A stretch of DNA of 64,000 nt, from IMG/VR virus record IMGVR_UViG_3300019776_000693, positions 32,001 to 96,000 of that record, one strand, 5' to 3'. Made by a program: the position numbers and the translations under genes. The notes beneath the pieces were generated by a model. That model searched no databases. It saw only the letters and a list, made by a program, of their open reading frames with translations, and was not told where the DNA came from. This document shows, in pieces, positions 1-9,400 of the stretch; positions within the stretch are counted from its first letter, which is position 1, and each line of letters opens with the position of its first letter. The DNA is from a virus.

Positions 1-3000
1 ACCTTTCCCCTACAAGTCCTGTATAAGCTGTCATCCATGAAGTAATAGGTACAATAGGATTAAAAGATAAACTTAAATTCTGTTTCCATCTGTGAATATA
101 CTTCAATATCTTAGTTGCGTCTACTTCTCCTAAAATAGGAATACTAACTCTCGCTCTTGTAACATCTTCCACTCCAAATATAGCATTATCTATATATGAT
201 TGTGCCATTTTAAATGTGTTTGTTGCTTCGGCGGATTTTCCTATTCCTGAATATCTACTACTATCTGATATAGCATCTCTTAAGGCTGAAACTTTATTAT
301 AATTTTTAACTCTGTTCTTTCTTAAAATCGCTTGTTGGCGCATTAACGTCATAGAATAAAACAAATCATCAGAAACATTTTCAGCGTTTTCTAAAGGATG
401 CACATAATATTTTGGAATTACTCTGATATTTGAATGATATAAAGTGTTACCTTGTTCATCTCTTTCTCCACTATCAATTTCCCCAACTCTGTAACTTTTA
501 ATACTTTCTAATTTTTCTTTTAAAACGTTTTTTACCCCACCTTTTAAAGAAGTTTCAATATTATTAATAATAGATTTTGGAACTTGTGGCATTAAATAAG
601 CATTGCCTTGTTCATGGTCAGCATCCTTTAACGACTGAGATTGATAATTTACAATTAAGTCATGTAATGATACTAATTTACTATCATTTTTTATTTTATC
701 CCATTTTTTATTATTAAAATTAAATTCTTTTCCAAATACTTTTGGTCTTTTAATTAAACTTGGTTGCGAAATACCTCCTTTAAAATTTACATCTCTTAAA
801 GGGTTTAACATATCATTAGATTCTGAATTATCCATATAATCATAAGAAACAGACATTCTAACATCTTCTGATTTCTCCAATTCTGCAACTAATTTTGATA
901 AAGGTTCATTAGTAGTTCTAACTTTTCTATAAAAATCTTGTAAATCTATTGGCGCATACGAAGAATAATAAGGAAGAAGTCTTGTTTGAGCATATTTTAA
1001 AATACCTTCTCTACTTTCTCCGTAAGGCTCTAATAAATTCTTCATCTTATCGTTTAAAGAATCCGTTTCTAATGCTCTTAAAAGTGAAGATACCTTTTCT
1101 CTATTAGCAGAAGTCATATTTTGTTGTGCAAAATCTAATTTTTCTTCTGTGGTTTGTAAATTTAAGTCTCCCATTCTTCCGAAAAATGCTTCATTTGCAT
1201 TTACCGAAGCCCTTCTTTCTTGTATTTCTCCTCCTTTACCTTTAATATACATAAATATTTGAGAAGATTTTACATCAATACTCTCAGATAATTGTCTAAT
1301 TTGTTGTCTAACTCCTTCGGGCATTAAATCAACATTAGTATTAACAGAGTTTTTAGAATCTTTATATTGTTTTAACAAATTGCGTCTTTGTTTTAACAAA
1401 TTTTTATATTCTTTTATTTTATCTCCAATAATTTCATCTTCTAAATAGTTTTCAAATATATCTACATATTCATTATCTTCAAAAAATTTATTAGAGAAAC
1501 CTAAAGATGTATTAAGGTTAAACCAAGAAATAATATCTTCTCTTGTCATTTCAGGGTCATTTTCCATATCTTGTAAATCTTTTCTCCAAGATTCTGAAAG
1601 TCCTTCTGTTGTTTGTCCTTGTTTTTCTTTAATTTGGTCTATGAAGTTTCTGTTGTATTTATTTAATTCAAATGCTATAATAGCTTCTTTTGTCGCTAAA
1701 GAATAATCTAATCCGATATACTCATTTTCAGATATTTTTACACTGTTTTCAAACGGTAAACTTTCTAAAATAATACCTGTATGAAGCTTACCAAATGAAT
1801 CGTAAATGTTTAAATGTTTTGCTCTTTCCGAAGCTATAATATCTAAATCAATTTTATTTTGTCTTGTTAATACAGGAATACCATTTTTAGATTTTTTCAT
1901 CTGTCTTCTTACTTGTCCTCTCATTTGAGATAAGTTTCTTAAAACAGTTTTTGTAGCTTCATTATATCCTGCTAATCTTTTTTCTTGTTCTTTTATATAT
2001 TTATCAGCTAGAAAAGTTTCAGAACCTGTATTTACAATTTTTTGAGCCTCCGTTTTTACTTTTTGAAATAATTCAAAGTTTGATATTAAGGGTAATTCTT
2101 TAAATTTTGCTAAAAATTGCTCGTCAGTAAGCCCTAAATATTCTTCATGTTCTTTTGCAGACTTATTCTCACTTTTTAAATCGTCTATAATAGCTTGTAA
2201 ATTATCTTTATATGCCTGTGCTTTAGCATACCTTGTAAATTCTTTAAACTCTGCGAAATCCCATTTAGAAGTTATATAACCGTCTTTTTGAACTAGCTTG
2301 GATAAATCCTGCTCTTTAAACCCTAATTTTCTTAATTCGTTTTGAAAATCTTTAGTAACATCTTGAAATTCTTCTGCTGTATCCTGGTATAAATCTCCAA
2401 TCACTGACCCTAGCATATTTAAAAGCGGGTCTTGTGCGTGAGTAATTTGTCCGAAATAACTGTATAATGAATTAGTATCTTTCTTTGCAGAAGTGAAAGC
2501 ATTTAACAATTCTTGTCTAAGTTCATTATCATCTTCTCTTCCGTCTCTTTGTAAAATAGATTCTACAATATCACTTAAAATTGTAGTTTCACTTTGATGT
2601 AAAGCACCAACAGCATCATTTATTTCTTCTTGTATTCCTTTAATATCAATAACTTCCGAAGAGTAATTTTTATTTTTTTCGATAGAAGTTTTAAGTAATG
2701 ATAACGCAGGATTAATTACATTTTTTAAATTTTGAAATACGATATTTTCCTCATTAGAAAGAATTGCACCTCTACTGTTTGCTGATTTAATAGCCTCATT
2801 AATATAGCTTGTTTGTCTTCTAGCTAAACTAATTAAATCTCTTACAGAAGTTTCTTCTAATGTTTTTTCTAAATATCCTTGTAATTTATGTAATTGTTCG
2901 GCAGAACCTCTTCCTAATTTTATTAAAACTTTTTCTTGTTCTTGTAAAGCTTTAATTAAATTGTGTTGAGGATTAGCTGACTTATTTAAACTGTATAATT

Positions 3001-4180
3001 TAAACTTCTTATTATCAAAATTACTTGTATTTAAATAATTACTTAAATTATTAGTAAGTAATGCATCCTCAACTTTAGTTGTTAAGTCTTCTAATTTTTG
3101 TCTGTAATTATCTTTCAATACAATTTTATCAAAGAAATTCAACATTGCGTTATACATTCTCTGTAAAATATTTTGAGGCGTAGTTTCAGAAGTAAATTTA
3201 TTCTGTAACGCTTTTGCTAACTCTTTACCTAAAACTTCTTTTCTTACTAAATATTCGATTGCAGATTCACTCATAGAAGGGTTTTCCTTACTATAAACTT
3301 CTCTGTAATTTTCTGAATGTTCCCCGTAAGATTGAGTTTTATGAATATCTCTAACTAAATCATTAATTTCTTGAACATCCCATCCTTCGACAATAAAGTG
3401 GGCTGTTTCTTCTGTTAAAGCTTCTACACTGATTTTACCTTCTCTAAATGCTACAATTCTATTAGAAATATCTGCTAAGGCATTAGCTGAAACATCTACA
3501 TTATATCTTTTACTATAATTTTCAATATTGGTTATTGATACTCCTATTTCTTTTAAGAAATCTAATAATCTGTTTTTTAATACTTTTTCCGATAATTTAC
3601 CTTGTTTTGTACCATATACTCTACTAAAAGTTTTTCTTATAGAATCAGCTACAAAATTATTTTTTTTTACTTGGTCATCTGTAAATTCAATCCTACCGTC
3701 TTTATGAACTATTGTGTTAGACCTTAAATCTTTAGTTACATTTTCATTTATAATTTGTCTAATTAATGAATTTCCTTCCGCTTTTAAAAATGATTTTCCT
3801 TGGTCAATAACTCTTTCATCAGAAATAATATTTTCTTTTATAAGATAGTTTGTAAGACCTTCTTTAGTATTTTTGTTCGTATTAGCTGAAATAGTTAGTA
3901 AAGAAATATCCCCCGATTTAACTTCTATATTACCACCATCACTATCTAATAAAGCATCTTTATATGTGGTAAATTCATTTCCTTTTTCAGAAATAAAAGT
4001 TAAAGGTGTTTCTCCTTTATAACCGTCTTTATATACGTTTTGGTAAGCTGTTAAAGATTGTTCAAGAGTATTTATTTGTGGAATTTTAGCGATTTGATTA
4101 AATAAAGTAGATTCTTCTCCACTTGGAGTATTTACTCTGATTATTTGATTATCGTTATTGTATGTTATTTGACAAGCCAT
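1..4180 (-). CDS. giant internal virion (cargo/ejection) protein, N-terminal >1393 aa, runs off the left edge; contains an EExxH zincin-like motif
   Basis: Not in the ORF track because it has no stop in the window. ATG at 4178-4180 overlaps the TAA of the upstream ORF (TAATG). Begins MACQITYNNDNQIIRVNTPSGEESTLF; ALTEETAHFIVE near 3390-3420; frame checked as open at both ends and at an internal point; position matches the crAss-like giant cargo genes. Confidence 0.8.
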   Translation of the reverse strand, partial: MACQITYNNDNQIIRVNTPSGEESTLFNQIAKIPQINTLEQSLTAYQNVYKDGYKGETPLTFISEKGNEFTTYKDALLDSDGGNIEVKSGDISLLTISANTNKNTKEGLTNYLIKENIISDERVIDQGKSFLKAEGNSLIRQIINENVTKDLRSNTIVHKDGRIEFTDDQVKKNNFVADSIRKTFSRVYGTKQGKLSEKVLKNRLLDFLKEIGVSITNIENYSKRYNVDVSANALADISNRIVAFREGKISVEALTEETAHFIVEGWDVQEINDLVRDIHKTQSYGEHSENYREVYSKENPSMSESAIEYLVRKEVLGKELAKALQNKFTSETTPQNILQRMYNAMLNFFDKIVLKDNYRQKLEDLTTKVEDALLTNNLSNYLNTSNFDNKKFKLYSLNKSANPQHNLIKALQEQEKVLIKLGRGSAEQLHKLQGYLEKTLEETSVRDLISLARRQTSYINEAIKSANSRGAILSNEENIVFQNLKNVINPALSLLKTSIEKNKNYSSEVIDIKGIQEEINDAVGALHQSETTILSDIVESILQRDGREDDNELRQELLNAFTSAKKDTNSLYSYFGQITHAQDPLLNMLGSVIGDLYQDTAEEFQDVTKDFQNELRKLGFKEQDLSKLVQKDGYITSKWDFAEFKEFTRYAKAQAYKDNLQAIIDDLKSENKSAKEHEEYLGLTDEQFLAKFKELPLISNFELFQKVKTEAQKIVNTGSETFLADKYIKEQEKRLAGYNEATKTVLRNLSQMRGQVRRQMKKSKNGIPVLTRQNKIDLDIIASERAKHLNIYDSFGKLHTGIILESLPFENSVKISENEYIGLDYSLATKEAIIAFELNKYNRNFIDQIKEKQGQTTEGLSESWRKDLQDMENDPEMTREDIISWFNLNTSLGFSNKFFEDNEYVDIFENYLEDEIIGDKIKEYKNLLKQRRNLLKQYKDSKNSVNTNVDLMPEGVRQQIRQLSESIDVKSSQIFMYIKGKGGEIQERRASVNANEAFFGRMGDLNLQTTEEKLDFAQQNMTSANREKVSSLLRALETDSLNDKMKNLLEPYGESREGILKYAQTRLLPYYSSYAPIDLQDFYRKVRTTNEPLSKLVAELEKSEDVRMSVSYDYMDNSESNDMLNPLRDVNFKGGISQPSLIKRPKVFGKEFNFNNKKWDKIKNDSKLVSLHDLIVNYQSQSLKDADHEQGNAYLMPQVPKSIINNIETSLKGGVKNVLKEKLESIKSYRVGEIDSGERDEQGNTLYHSNIRVIPKYYVHPLENAENVSDDLFYSMTLMRQQAILRKNRVKNYNKVSALRDAISDSSRYSGIGKSAEATNTFKMAQSYIDNAIFGVEDVTRARVSIPILGEVDATKILKYIHRWKQNLSLSFNPIVPITSWMTAYTGLVGER

Positions 4181-5862
4181 TATTGACAGTTAAAATATTT
4201 TGATTCTGCTTCTTTTAAGTTTTCTTTTTTTATTTCTGTATATGTATCAGGAAATGTAGATTCATTTAAATATCTATTAATATTTATGTCAGAAAATGTT
4301 TTTTCTTCTGCTTCTACTTCTTTGTAAAAAGAAATGTTTCCTTCTTGATAAATCATTTCATAATTTGCTTGATTAGTGCTTAAAAATTGATTTGTATTGT
4401 TTTTAGTTAATAAAACACCGTCTTCTAATATTGTGTAATTTGTTGTTATTTTAGGTGCTACTATTTCTCCTTTAAATATTTTACTTCTTAGCTCATCTTC
4501 TGTGTTAAAACTTTCTTCTTGAACAATTTCTTCTTTGTATAAATCTGCTTTAGCTTTTGTTATAGGGTCATTACTTACAAGTTGAATTCCTTTTGAAGTT
4601 GCTTTTAAAAATGGATTATTTATAGCTTCTGATAAATTTACAAAAGAAGGTTTTTTATTTGATTTAGTTTTTATAGGTGCATTTAAGAAATTTTTCCAAA
4701 TATACATAGCTTCTAAAATATCAGATTCTGTTACTTCATCTTCTACTTGCATTTCGGAAACTTTAGCTTGTACTTGCTCTTTTGTTTTTAACTCTTTTTG
4801 TTGTTTAAAAAAATAATTATATAAATCTTCTATGTTTTCAGGAACTACTTTTGTGTAAACATCGCCCTCTTTTCTAATTAAATTGTGGTCTCTGAATAAT
4901 TCATATTCTGTTAATTCTGTATCTAGTTTGATATCATTGCCTAAATCTTGGGGTTCTTCTGCCGAGATATTAAAAAAATTATCATAAATTTCTGAAAAAT
5001 TATCATTAGGGTTTTTTATATATGCTTCTAAACTTCCTATGAAAGATTTAAATTGATTTAAAGGTAATACTTTATCTTCTATTCCTCTTAAATCAATTCC
5101 ATATTTTACCACTTCTGTTTCTATTCCTTTTGCAACATCCTTTAATTCTGTGTTGTTTCTTTGCGCAACATTTTCAGTAACTGCAAACACAGATGAAAAT
5201 AACATATCTAATTTTTGTGAAACAGGTTCAGAATTAATAGGATACGTTTTTCTTAAAGTTTGTAAAGTATCAGATTTTTTAGGTTGTATTTCTCCATTAA
5301 TTATCTCATTTACACCTTCTTCTTTAACTTCAATATAAACTTTTTGTTTTCCAAAAATTGTAAGTTCATCTGAATATTTTAATTCCTCTCCATTATAATC
5401 TACATTAAATTCAGAATTATTAACTTTAAATATATTATCTTTTATAGAATTTTGTAATTCTTTATTAGATAATATAGCTGTTATTTCATAATCATTATAT
5501 CCCGCTTTTTTAAGTTTTGTTTTATTAAAAATAACTACATTGTTATCATCCAAAAAAGCTTGTTGTAGTTGAGTAAAAAGTTCATAATTATTACTTACTC
5601 CGCTTTCTATAACAGATTGTTTTTGTTCTGTTGTTAATTGCTCTTGTGTAGATGTAGCGTAAGTTATTACATCTTTTATAGTTGGTGCTGTATAAATTGT
5701 TTTAAAATTATCTGTTTCTGTTAAAGCATATAAATCTAACGCTTTTTCTGCACCAAATAAATTTTTTAATTCATCAAATAAAACACTTCTTTCTCCATTA
5801 GGTAAATTAATATATTCTATTTCATTATTTTGATTGTAATGTATATCACAAGCTATTCCCAT
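4180..5862 (-). CDS. 560-aa putative internal virion protein; N-terminus paralogous to the downstream giant protein
   Basis: ORF track; MGIACDIHYNQNNEIEYINLPNGERSVLF resembles MACQITYNNDNQIIRVNTPSGEESTLF; translationally coupled to the next gene. Confidence 0.7.
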   Translation of the reverse strand: MGIACDIHYNQNNEIEYINLPNGERSVLFDELKNLFGAEKALDLYALTETDNFKTIYTAPTIKDVITYATSTQEQLTTEQKQSVIESGVSNNYELFTQLQQAFLDDNNVVIFNKTKLKKAGYNDYEITAILSNKELQNSIKDNIFKVNNSEFNVDYNGEELKYSDELTIFGKQKVYIEVKEEGVNEIINGEIQPKKSDTLQTLRKTYPINSEPVSQKLDMLFSSVFAVTENVAQRNNTELKDVAKGIETEVVKYGIDLRGIEDKVLPLNQFKSFIGSLEAYIKNPNDNFSEIYDNFFNISAEEPQDLGNDIKLDTELTEYELFRDHNLIRKEGDVYTKVVPENIEDLYNYFFKQQKELKTKEQVQAKVSEMQVEDEVTESDILEAMYIWKNFLNAPIKTKSNKKPSFVNLSEAINNPFLKATSKGIQLVSNDPITKAKADLYKEEIVQEESFNTEDELRSKIFKGEIVAPKITTNYTILEDGVLLTKNNTNQFLSTNQANYEMIYQEGNISFYKEVEAEEKTFSDININRYLNESTFPDTYTEIKKENLKEAESKYFNCQ

Positions 5863-5900
5863 TGTCTATTTAATTTTAAAATTTGTTTAATGTGGTAATA

Positions 5901-6125
5901 CTACTTTATTGGTTTAAATTTACTAATATGTTCTTTAAAGTTTGTATCTGCTTGTTCTTTAGATATAGGATTTCCATTATCATCTAAGTCTATCCAAGTG
6001 TTTTTAGGCAAAGACATAATTTTATTAAGATAATCTTCATCTTCAGGTTTTAGAATTGCACCACTTTCCTTTGCTATCTTTAAAATATTAGCTCTTATTC
6101 CTCCGTTCATTATTTGTGTACTCAT
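5901..6125 (-). CDS. hypothetical protein (74 aa)
   Basis: ORF track; same strand as neighbours, downstream of the promoter at 6421. Confidence 0.55.
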   Translation of the reverse strand: MSTQIMNGGIRANILKIAKESGAILKPEDEDYLNKIMSLPKNTWIDLDDNGNPISKEQADTNFKEHISKFKPIK

Positions 6126-6294
6126 AATTTTATATTTTAATTATCATACTATTGCCAACAAATGTTTGTGTAAATAATCATAGTAACTATTAGTATTAAG
6201 TTTCGGCAGTTTTTTAAATTTTTTGCCGAAGTTTAACTTTTGACTAAGTTAATTAAAATTTTCTTTTATAAAATAATTAGTTTCATAGTTATAA

Positions 6295-6396
6295 TCAAAA
6301 TAATCTCTCTGTTTTACCGTTCACATCATCTATATAATCAACGTAATAAGCTAACATAATATTACAATATCCTCTTTTTAAAAACTTTACAACCAT
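6295..6396 (-). CDS. possible 33-aa peptide (MVVKFLKRGYCNIMLAYYVDYIDDVNGKTERLF)
   Basis: Read manually; first ATG after the promoter at 6421-6451. Confidence 0.3.
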   Translation of the reverse strand: MVVKFLKRGYCNIMLAYYVDYIDDVNGKTERLF

Positions 6397-6420
6397 AAAT
6401 TCGTTTACTTAATTCTTATG

Positions 6421-6451
6421 CAAATATAGAAAAATAATTTCAGATATCAAA
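6421..6451 (-). promoter_or_regulatory. Bacteroidota-type sigma70 promoter (TTTG-N19-TATATTTG)
   Basis: + strand CAAATATA at 6421-6428 and CAAA at 6448-6451. Confidence 0.7.
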
Positions 6452-6462
6452 ACTAATTAAAG

Positions 6463-6488
6463 AAAAAAGGAGAGATTTCTCTCTCCTA
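6463..6488 (-). terminator. intrinsic terminator after the 1673-aa gene
   Basis: - strand GGAGAGA-GAAA-TCTCTCC followed by a T-run. Confidence 0.8.
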
Positions 6489-9400
6489 ACACTCTTTTTT
6501 ACTTTTAGAGGATTCTTTTTTCTTATCTTCTTGCAATTGAATTATATCATCATATTCTGCTTTTAATAAAAAATCTGAATTAATTTTATTTTCCAATTCG
6601 TTTATTTTTTTATTTTTTTCATTATACACAGAGAAAAAGTTTTTACCTCTATTTGTAGCCATTTTTTTAATCTGACTTAATACCTGGTCTTTTATTCCTT
6701 CTGAATAGGAATTATAATCTTCAACTAATTTAGAAAACTTTTTATTAGAAACAGACATCGAATATGTATTTCCTTCATTATCTGTTATATAATTAAAATT
6801 AGCTCCTTCAAATTTAAACGTGCTTTCTGTCACACTTGTTGGAATATTTCTTCCTATTTTACTTAACTCTTTTCGCGCTTCAAATAAATCATTTATTTCC
6901 TGAGATATTTTTTCTTCTGTTTGTATTTCATTTTTGGCGTTTACAAGGGTATTATAATCAATCACAATTTTTGGTGATAATAGCATTGGCTTTTCAACAT
7001 CTAAATTAACAGATATTTCTTTTGTTAACTGTTCTTTATTGTGTCCTTTTTCAAACCAAGCTGTACTATACTCTACTTTATCTTGTAATTTGTTTAATTG
7101 TTCTATGGCGATTTCTAACTCTTCAGAAGTTTTTCCGTCAGGCTGAAACATATTATTGTTATCTTCGGAAATATAGAATAATTCAGAGTTAATACCATTT
7201 AATTTCAATTGTCTATTCATTTCAATGGCTAATTGAGCTTTAGGTAAACCTCTTTCCATTATCTCAGTTCCTATATTTTTATCAATTGTTTTTAAAGCTA
7301 CAGGATATGCAAATTTAATATTACCTTCTTGTAAAATTATAATAGGTAAATTTTTATTTAAACCTTTTAAAAAATCTGTTCTTACTCCTTTAGTAGCTCC
7401 TCTTAAATTTGTTTTTGCGCCGTCCCAAACTCCATAATCTAAAACTCTTTCGGGGTTTACAATATCAAATTCTTTTATTTTACCACTATCGTCTAAAACA
7501 ATATTTGGCGCACCTAAAAATACAGTTTGTACATCTACATATCCTAATTCAATCCTTGTATTTCCGCTTGAATTTAATAAATCATAAGCTTTTTCTCTAA
7601 AAGTTAAAAATGATGTATTATCTTCTCCTCCGTAATTAGCTTTTAAATCTGCTACTTTATTTCCATTAGTGTCATAAAAAGAAATTTTTAAATTGTCTTT
7701 TATTTCTTGTTCAGATTTATCAGAGTTTACTAAAGTACTATTATAAGAATCTTGTAAATCTATGATAGCTGTTAACTCATCGCCATTTTTTAAATTGTAT
7801 ATTTCTTGTGCGGAATAAGTGTCTACATCTGTAAATTCAGATTTCATAGGTTCTCCATTCAAATAAACAATAGAGTATCCACTTTTGGTTTTTCTAAATG
7901 GTAGGTTAAAAGCATCTTTTTTAATTACTAATTTTCCACCTTTCAAAACTCTTACATTAGTATTTCCATAAGAAATTACATCTCCTTCTTCAACTTTTAT
8001 TCTATCATTAATAGAAACTCTTTTAGATGATTTTGCGCCACTTTTAGTTAAAATTGCTTCTATTTGTCCTTGTGCTTCTAAAAGTTGATTAGGAGTCATG
8101 TGAGAGATTATTACATCTCCTTTATCCTGTCTTACAAAAACATTTTGAGGTGTTTGTAAAATATCAAATCTCCTGTCTTTGTCCTCTAAATCTTCTAATT
8201 TTTCAACATCCTCTTCTGTTAAAACTCCTTCATCGGTAGGTTTTGTTATCTCTTTATTTAAAACGATTTGTTGTTGAATAAGCTCTGCAATAGATACTCC
8301 ATCATAAACAGCTCCCTCTAATAATTGCCAATTAGCAAACTTGGTATTTAACTCTACAAGTCTATCAATTTCTTCTTGATTTAAATACTTTTTAAATAAA
8401 TCTAATTGTAAATTATTATAAGTGAATTCTTTATTATCAAAACTAGGGTCATTTAATACAGGAGAGTATAGTTCTATATATTCTATTAATTCTTCATCTG
8501 TTGGTAATGTTTGGTCGAAATTTTCTCCGACTTGCTCGAATAAGTAAGGATTATTTTTTATTAAATCTGTAATGTATTGAACTAAATTTTGTTTATTATC
8601 TATACTCTCTTGAGGTCTAATTGATACTCCATCTTTTTGTTTAGATTTTTCAGTGACCTCTTTTATTTTATTCTTAGTGATTTCTACCTCTGCATTATCT
8701 TTTTCAAAATGAGTATCCATTAAGGATTTAATCATTTCTAAGGCATCCTCATTAGGTGTAGTTTTTCTAAGTAACAATTGACTCAGAGGACTTCTTCTTC
8801 CTAAATCAATATTAATCATTTGATTAGTTCTCTCAGAATATTTTTTCCACGCCCCTAAAGATTTTTCATACTCGTTTAAAAGTACTGTTAATCTTTCTGC
8901 TTTTTCAGGATTAGCGTTTCTTAATTGCTCAATTGAAGATAGTGTTTCTTGTATATTTTTATCTAAATTATTTAATTCATCATTTGAAATTATTTCATCT
9001 TTATTCTGTCCTAATGGATTTTCTAATTTAGCTGATTTATATAAAACATTCCATGAATTATTTAATTCAATTTCTTTTTGAGATAACTCATCTCTTTTTT
9101 GAGTTAATTCGTTTAAATTGTTTAAAGCTGTTTGTCTTTCCTCTGGCGTGGTTGCTTTTTCAACAATTGCTTGTAAATCTCTAAAAGTTTTTTCTGTATT
9201 TTGTAATTCTTTTTGAACGTTGCCTAATTCTTTTTTAGTTTCATTAAGTTTTCTTTTTGTAGCAGTTGTTGATTTTTTAATAACATCTGCTATTTCAAAA
9301 CTTTTACTAACTCTTGTAGAACCAAAAGAATTTTGCAATTCATTATGAAAAGCTCCTAACATTTCATCAGCATGTTTATAGGCATTTTCGCCCATAAATA

